A stretch of DNA of 64,000 nucleotides from Promethearchaeota archaeon (GTDB taxonomy: Archaea; Asgardarchaeota; Lokiarchaeia; Sigyniarchaeales; SOKP01), in NCBI GenBank assembly GCA_048938895.1, contig JBHLLU010000013.1, positions 1 to 64,000 of the forward strand, given 5' to 3'. Under the pieces are notes generated by a model. That model was not told the origin of the DNA. It did no database searches and worked only from the letters and a program-made list of their open reading frames with translations. The translations under genes were made by a program, and so were the position numbers. Positions 60,755-64,000 of the stretch are shown piece by piece. Every line of letters starts with the position of its first letter. Within the stretch, counting starts at the first letter, position 1.

Positions 60755-63292
60755 TTAATTTAAATAAAAACCCGTAATGGAATTGTTATTTTTTTTCATT
60801 TCTTCTGGGGTGCCCTCAAAAATAATTTCCCCTCCCTTTGGTCCACCCTCTGGTCCTAATTCAAATATATAATCACAATAAGAGAGAATTTGGGGGTCAT
60901 GCTCTATAATTAGAACAGTATTGCCTTCTTGAACTAACTTCTCTAACAATTCCATCAACTTTATAGCATCGTAAAATGACAATCCTACAGTAGGTTCATC
61001 TAAAATGTAAAGAGATTTTCCTTTTCTTAACTTTCCCAATTCTTTAGCCAATTTGACTCTTTGGGCTTCACCTCCGCTTAGTGAAGGAGTGGGTTGCCCA
61101 AGCTCAATATATCCCATTCCTATATCATCCAAAATTTGTAGAACCTTTGAAATACTTCCATTAGTTTTAAATACTTCTACTGCCTCGTTGACTGTCATCT
61201 CAAGTACATCCGAAATAGTCTTTCCTTTATATTTAACTTCTAATATTTCTTGTTTATATCTTAGACCCTTGCACTCCTTACAAGGAATTTCAAAACTTGT
61301 AAGGAAAGAAACTTGAAGGTCTTGTACTCCTTGACCTTTGCATGCTGGACAACGACCTCGATCGGAATTATAAGAGAAATGGCCTGAGGTATATTTCCTT
61401 TTTTTAGCTTCAGAAGTCTTTGCAAATAAGTTTCTAATTTTATCCCATATACCTATAAAGGAACAGGGAGTTGATGTTCGAACACGTGATATTGGTTTTT
61501 GATTGACTACAACAATGCCATCTAAATTTTCCCATCCCTCAATTTTACCAGTATATTCTAATAATTCTTCATTATTTTCTTCTTCATCACCGTTTTCAAC
61601 TTTCTTAGACTTCTGATTTCTTATTGTTCTTTTAAAATAAGGTTTCAATAGAGGAACAAGTGTATCTAAAATGAGAGAACTTTTTCCAGATCCAGAGACT
61701 CCTGCGATCCCAACCATTAATCCTAAAGGAAATCTTATTGTAACATTCTTTAGGTTGTTGGTATTCGTATTTTTAAGAATTAAGTGTCTTGTTGTATCAT
61801 TTATTCCTCTTTCTTCTTTTTTTTCTGGTAATTCAATATCTCCAGCAAGAAACTGGCCAGTGTAAGACTTTTTAATTTTTGTAATTCCCTCTAATGAGCC
61901 TTGATATATTATTTTACCTCCGTCAATACCAGCCCCAGGACCTATATCGATTATTTCATCGGCGATCTCAATAAATCGTTTATCATGTTCAACAATTATA
62001 ACTGTATTTCCCAAATCTTTCAATTGCTTTAATATATCAATCAATGAATCTTTCTCACGCTCATGTAGACTCATGCTTGGTTCATCTAATATATAAATCA
62101 ATGAATCTAAGCCGCCATCTAGATGAGTCATTAGAGATAATCTCTGTAGTTCACCTCCGCTAAGCGATGGCAATGTACGATGTAAATGTAAATATTTTAA
62201 TCCAACTTGTATTAATCGGGTAAGACTTTGGTTTATATTTCTTAAAATAGCCTTTCCTTGGGGAGTTTTTATCTCGTGTTCTGTAAAATCATTTAATATC
62301 AAGATTAAATCATCAATAGGCATCATAGCTAATTCACCTATATGCTTACCTCCGATTTTTATCTCACGAGCTTCATCATTTATTCGGTAGCCATTACACT
62401 CTTCACATTTCTTTTTTGACATGAATTCATTATGTATCTTCTGTCTTCTATAAGTGCTCTTGCTTTCTGCTAAAGCTCTATTTATGTGTGGAATAATTCC
62501 TTCAAACACGCGTTCTAACTCCCCACTAAAGGTTTTTGATTCCCACTGAAATTTAAGTTTCCTTCCACTACCGTATAAATATACATGTTTAACTTCCTCC
62601 GGTAAATCTTTAAAAGGGGAGTTTATATCAAAATTGTAAAACTTTGGTAATTGTTCTACAAATCGGATTTGATCTGCGAAAACCGCTGAACCAGCTTTGG
62701 TTATTCCTATTAAGTTCTTATTGTAATCTTGAACAATCATTTCTTCTGTGATAAGCAATTTGTAACCTCGACCTTTACACTCTAAGCACATACCAGAAGG
62801 TTCATTAAAGGAAAAATGTTTGATTTGCTTTCGTTCTACAATCATCCCACAAATATCACATTCTAAACTAGATTGATTTACAGGTTCCTTACAAATTGGA
62901 CATATTAAAATACCCTCAGTGGCATACAACATGCGTAAAAGTCCATAAATGTCTGTTTTTGTACCAACGGTGGAACGTGGATTAAAAACCCTCGTTGTTC
63001 TTTGTTCAACAGCAACAGTAGGGCTAAGTCCTTCTATTAAATCAAATGGTTTCTCATCTTCAAACTTAGGAGGAAATCCTATTGATTGAAGGTATCTGGA
63101 CATCCCCTCTTCAAATAAAATATCAAACGCTAAGCTTGATTTTCCTGAACCAGAAACTCCTGTAATTAAAACGAATTTTCCTTTTGTTATATTCACATCA
63201 ACATTTTTAAGGTTATGAATTCTTGCTCCAACAACTTTTATTTGATCCATCTTTCTACACTTTCTATAATTATTTAACTTTTTGAAATACAT
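60755..63292 (-). CDS. uvrA: UvrA-like protein lacking the UvrB-binding domain (class II, DrrC-like)
   Basis: GARIHNLKN, two GVSGSGKSS motifs, two LSGGE motifs; very short segment between CPIC and CDIC. Confidence 0.88.
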   Translation of the reverse strand: MYFKKLNNYRKCRKMDQIKVVGARIHNLKNVDVNITKGKFVLITGVSGSGKSSLAFDILFEEGMSRYLQSIGFPPKFEDEKPFDLIEGLSPTVAVEQRTTRVFNPRSTVGTKTDIYGLLRMLYATEGILICPICKEPVNQSSLECDICGMIVERKQIKHFSFNEPSGMCLECKGRGYKLLITEEMIVQDYNKNLIGITKAGSAVFADQIRFVEQLPKFYNFDINSPFKDLPEEVKHVYLYGSGRKLKFQWESKTFSGELERVFEGIIPHINRALAESKSTYRRQKIHNEFMSKKKCEECNGYRINDEAREIKIGGKHIGELAMMPIDDLILILNDFTEHEIKTPQGKAILRNINQSLTRLIQVGLKYLHLHRTLPSLSGGELQRLSLMTHLDGGLDSLIYILDEPSMSLHEREKDSLIDILKQLKDLGNTVIIVEHDKRFIEIADEIIDIGPGAGIDGGKIIYQGSLEGITKIKKSYTGQFLAGDIELPEKKEERGINDTTRHLILKNTNTNNLKNVTIRFPLGLMVGIAGVSGSGKSSLILDTLVPLLKPYFKRTIRNQKSKKVENGDEEENNEELLEYTGKIEGWENLDGIVVVNQKPISRVRTSTPCSFIGIWDKIRNLFAKTSEAKKRKYTSGHFSYNSDRGRCPACKGQGVQDLQVSFLTSFEIPCKECKGLRYKQEILEVKYKGKTISDVLEMTVNEAVEVFKTNGSISKVLQILDDIGMGYIELGQPTPSLSGGEAQRVKLAKELGKLRKGKSLYILDEPTVGLSFYDAIKLMELLEKLVQEGNTVLIIEHDPQILSYCDYIFELGPEGGPKGGEIIFEGTPEEMKKNNNSITGFYLN

Positions 63293-63941
63293 ACGTTATA
63301 CAATCAAATCCTGCCGGATTTTTCTTAACCATCTCTATTTCTGTAATGTGACGTTGAATTTCTTTTAAATTATCAAGATTTCCATATTTTTTGCGTAAAG
63401 AGTTTATTTTTTCTTCCAAGGGAGCATAATAATCTGTCCACCAACATTCGCTCTCCCAGGGAATTTGCTTTATTAATTTAAATCCAAACCTGGGAAAATG
63501 CTTTAATTTTCTATTTACCCAATTATTTGCCTCCCCTGAGACCATGAACCCATGCAACTTTAATATTCTGTTACATTCTGTTAAAGTCTTCTTCAAATCA
63601 AGCAAATGGGCCACGCCTTCCTCCCAGAGGATGTCAAAGGCCTCATCCTTAAATTTTGTGTTATAAATCGAACGATTATAAACATTTATTTTTTCTGAAA
63701 GTCCTAAATTTTTGATCTTTATACTTAACTTATCCAAGGCTTTTTGATCAATATCAATCCCCGTTATTTCACCATTACTTAATCTTGCAAGTTCTAATGT
63801 AGGTATACCTGTGCCACATCCAATATCGAGGATGCGAGGGTGATCTATTTTTGGTATACTTTCAAAAGCCATTTTTGTATATTTTAGAAAAACTGATCTT
63901 ATTCCATCAGCATCCAATTCTCTTAATATTTCTTCAGTCAT
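63270..63941 (-). CDS. Class I SAM-dependent methyltransferase
   Basis: ILDIGCGTG motif I, GIDID, FDILWEEG. Confidence 0.9.
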   Translation of the reverse strand: MTEEILRELDADGIRSVFLKYTKMAFESIPKIDHPRILDIGCGTGIPTLELARLSNGEITGIDIDQKALDKLSIKIKNLGLSEKINVYNRSIYNTKFKDEAFDILWEEGVAHLLDLKKTLTECNRILKLHGFMVSGEANNWVNRKLKHFPRFGFKLIKQIPWESECWWTDYYAPLEEKINSLRKKYGNLDNLKEIQRHITEIEMVKKNPAGFDCITYVFQKVK

Positions 63942-64000
63942 TTTTCCACTCTTTTTTATTAGGATTATATTTTAACCCACAATCATAACATTCGGTATCG

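Overview
AT-rich archaeal genomic DNA, most consistent with an Asgard archaeon of the Lokiarchaeia. Evidence: a eukaryote-like actin, a Loki-type profilin domain, longin/roadblock-like proteins, a small GTPase, an Smc5/6-type SMC and archaeal tRNAs with a BHB intron. The window has about 60 CDSs and two tRNA genes (Arg-TCG; Asp-GTC with a 32-nt D-loop intron). No CRISPR array, integrase or transposase was seen. Top candidates for new biology: (1) a putative new selenoprotein at the end of an arsenic-resistance cluster, with in-frame TGA-TGA, 39 further sense codons and a eukaryote/Loki-type AUGA...GA kink-turn SECIS-like hairpin just downstream; (2) an actin gene co-oriented with a profilin-TrmB fusion regulator, with a TrmB-like palindrome next to the actin TATA box, suggesting actin-sensing transcriptional feedback; (3) an operon encoding a catalytically dead AAA+ protein, an Smc5/6-like SMC, a kleisin and a KITE subunit; (4) repeated signs of non-canonical (CTG/ATT/ATA) start codons; (5) two atypical UvrA paralogues, one coupled to an alpha/alpha-toroid protein. 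All calls come from motif recognition by eye; no database searches were run.
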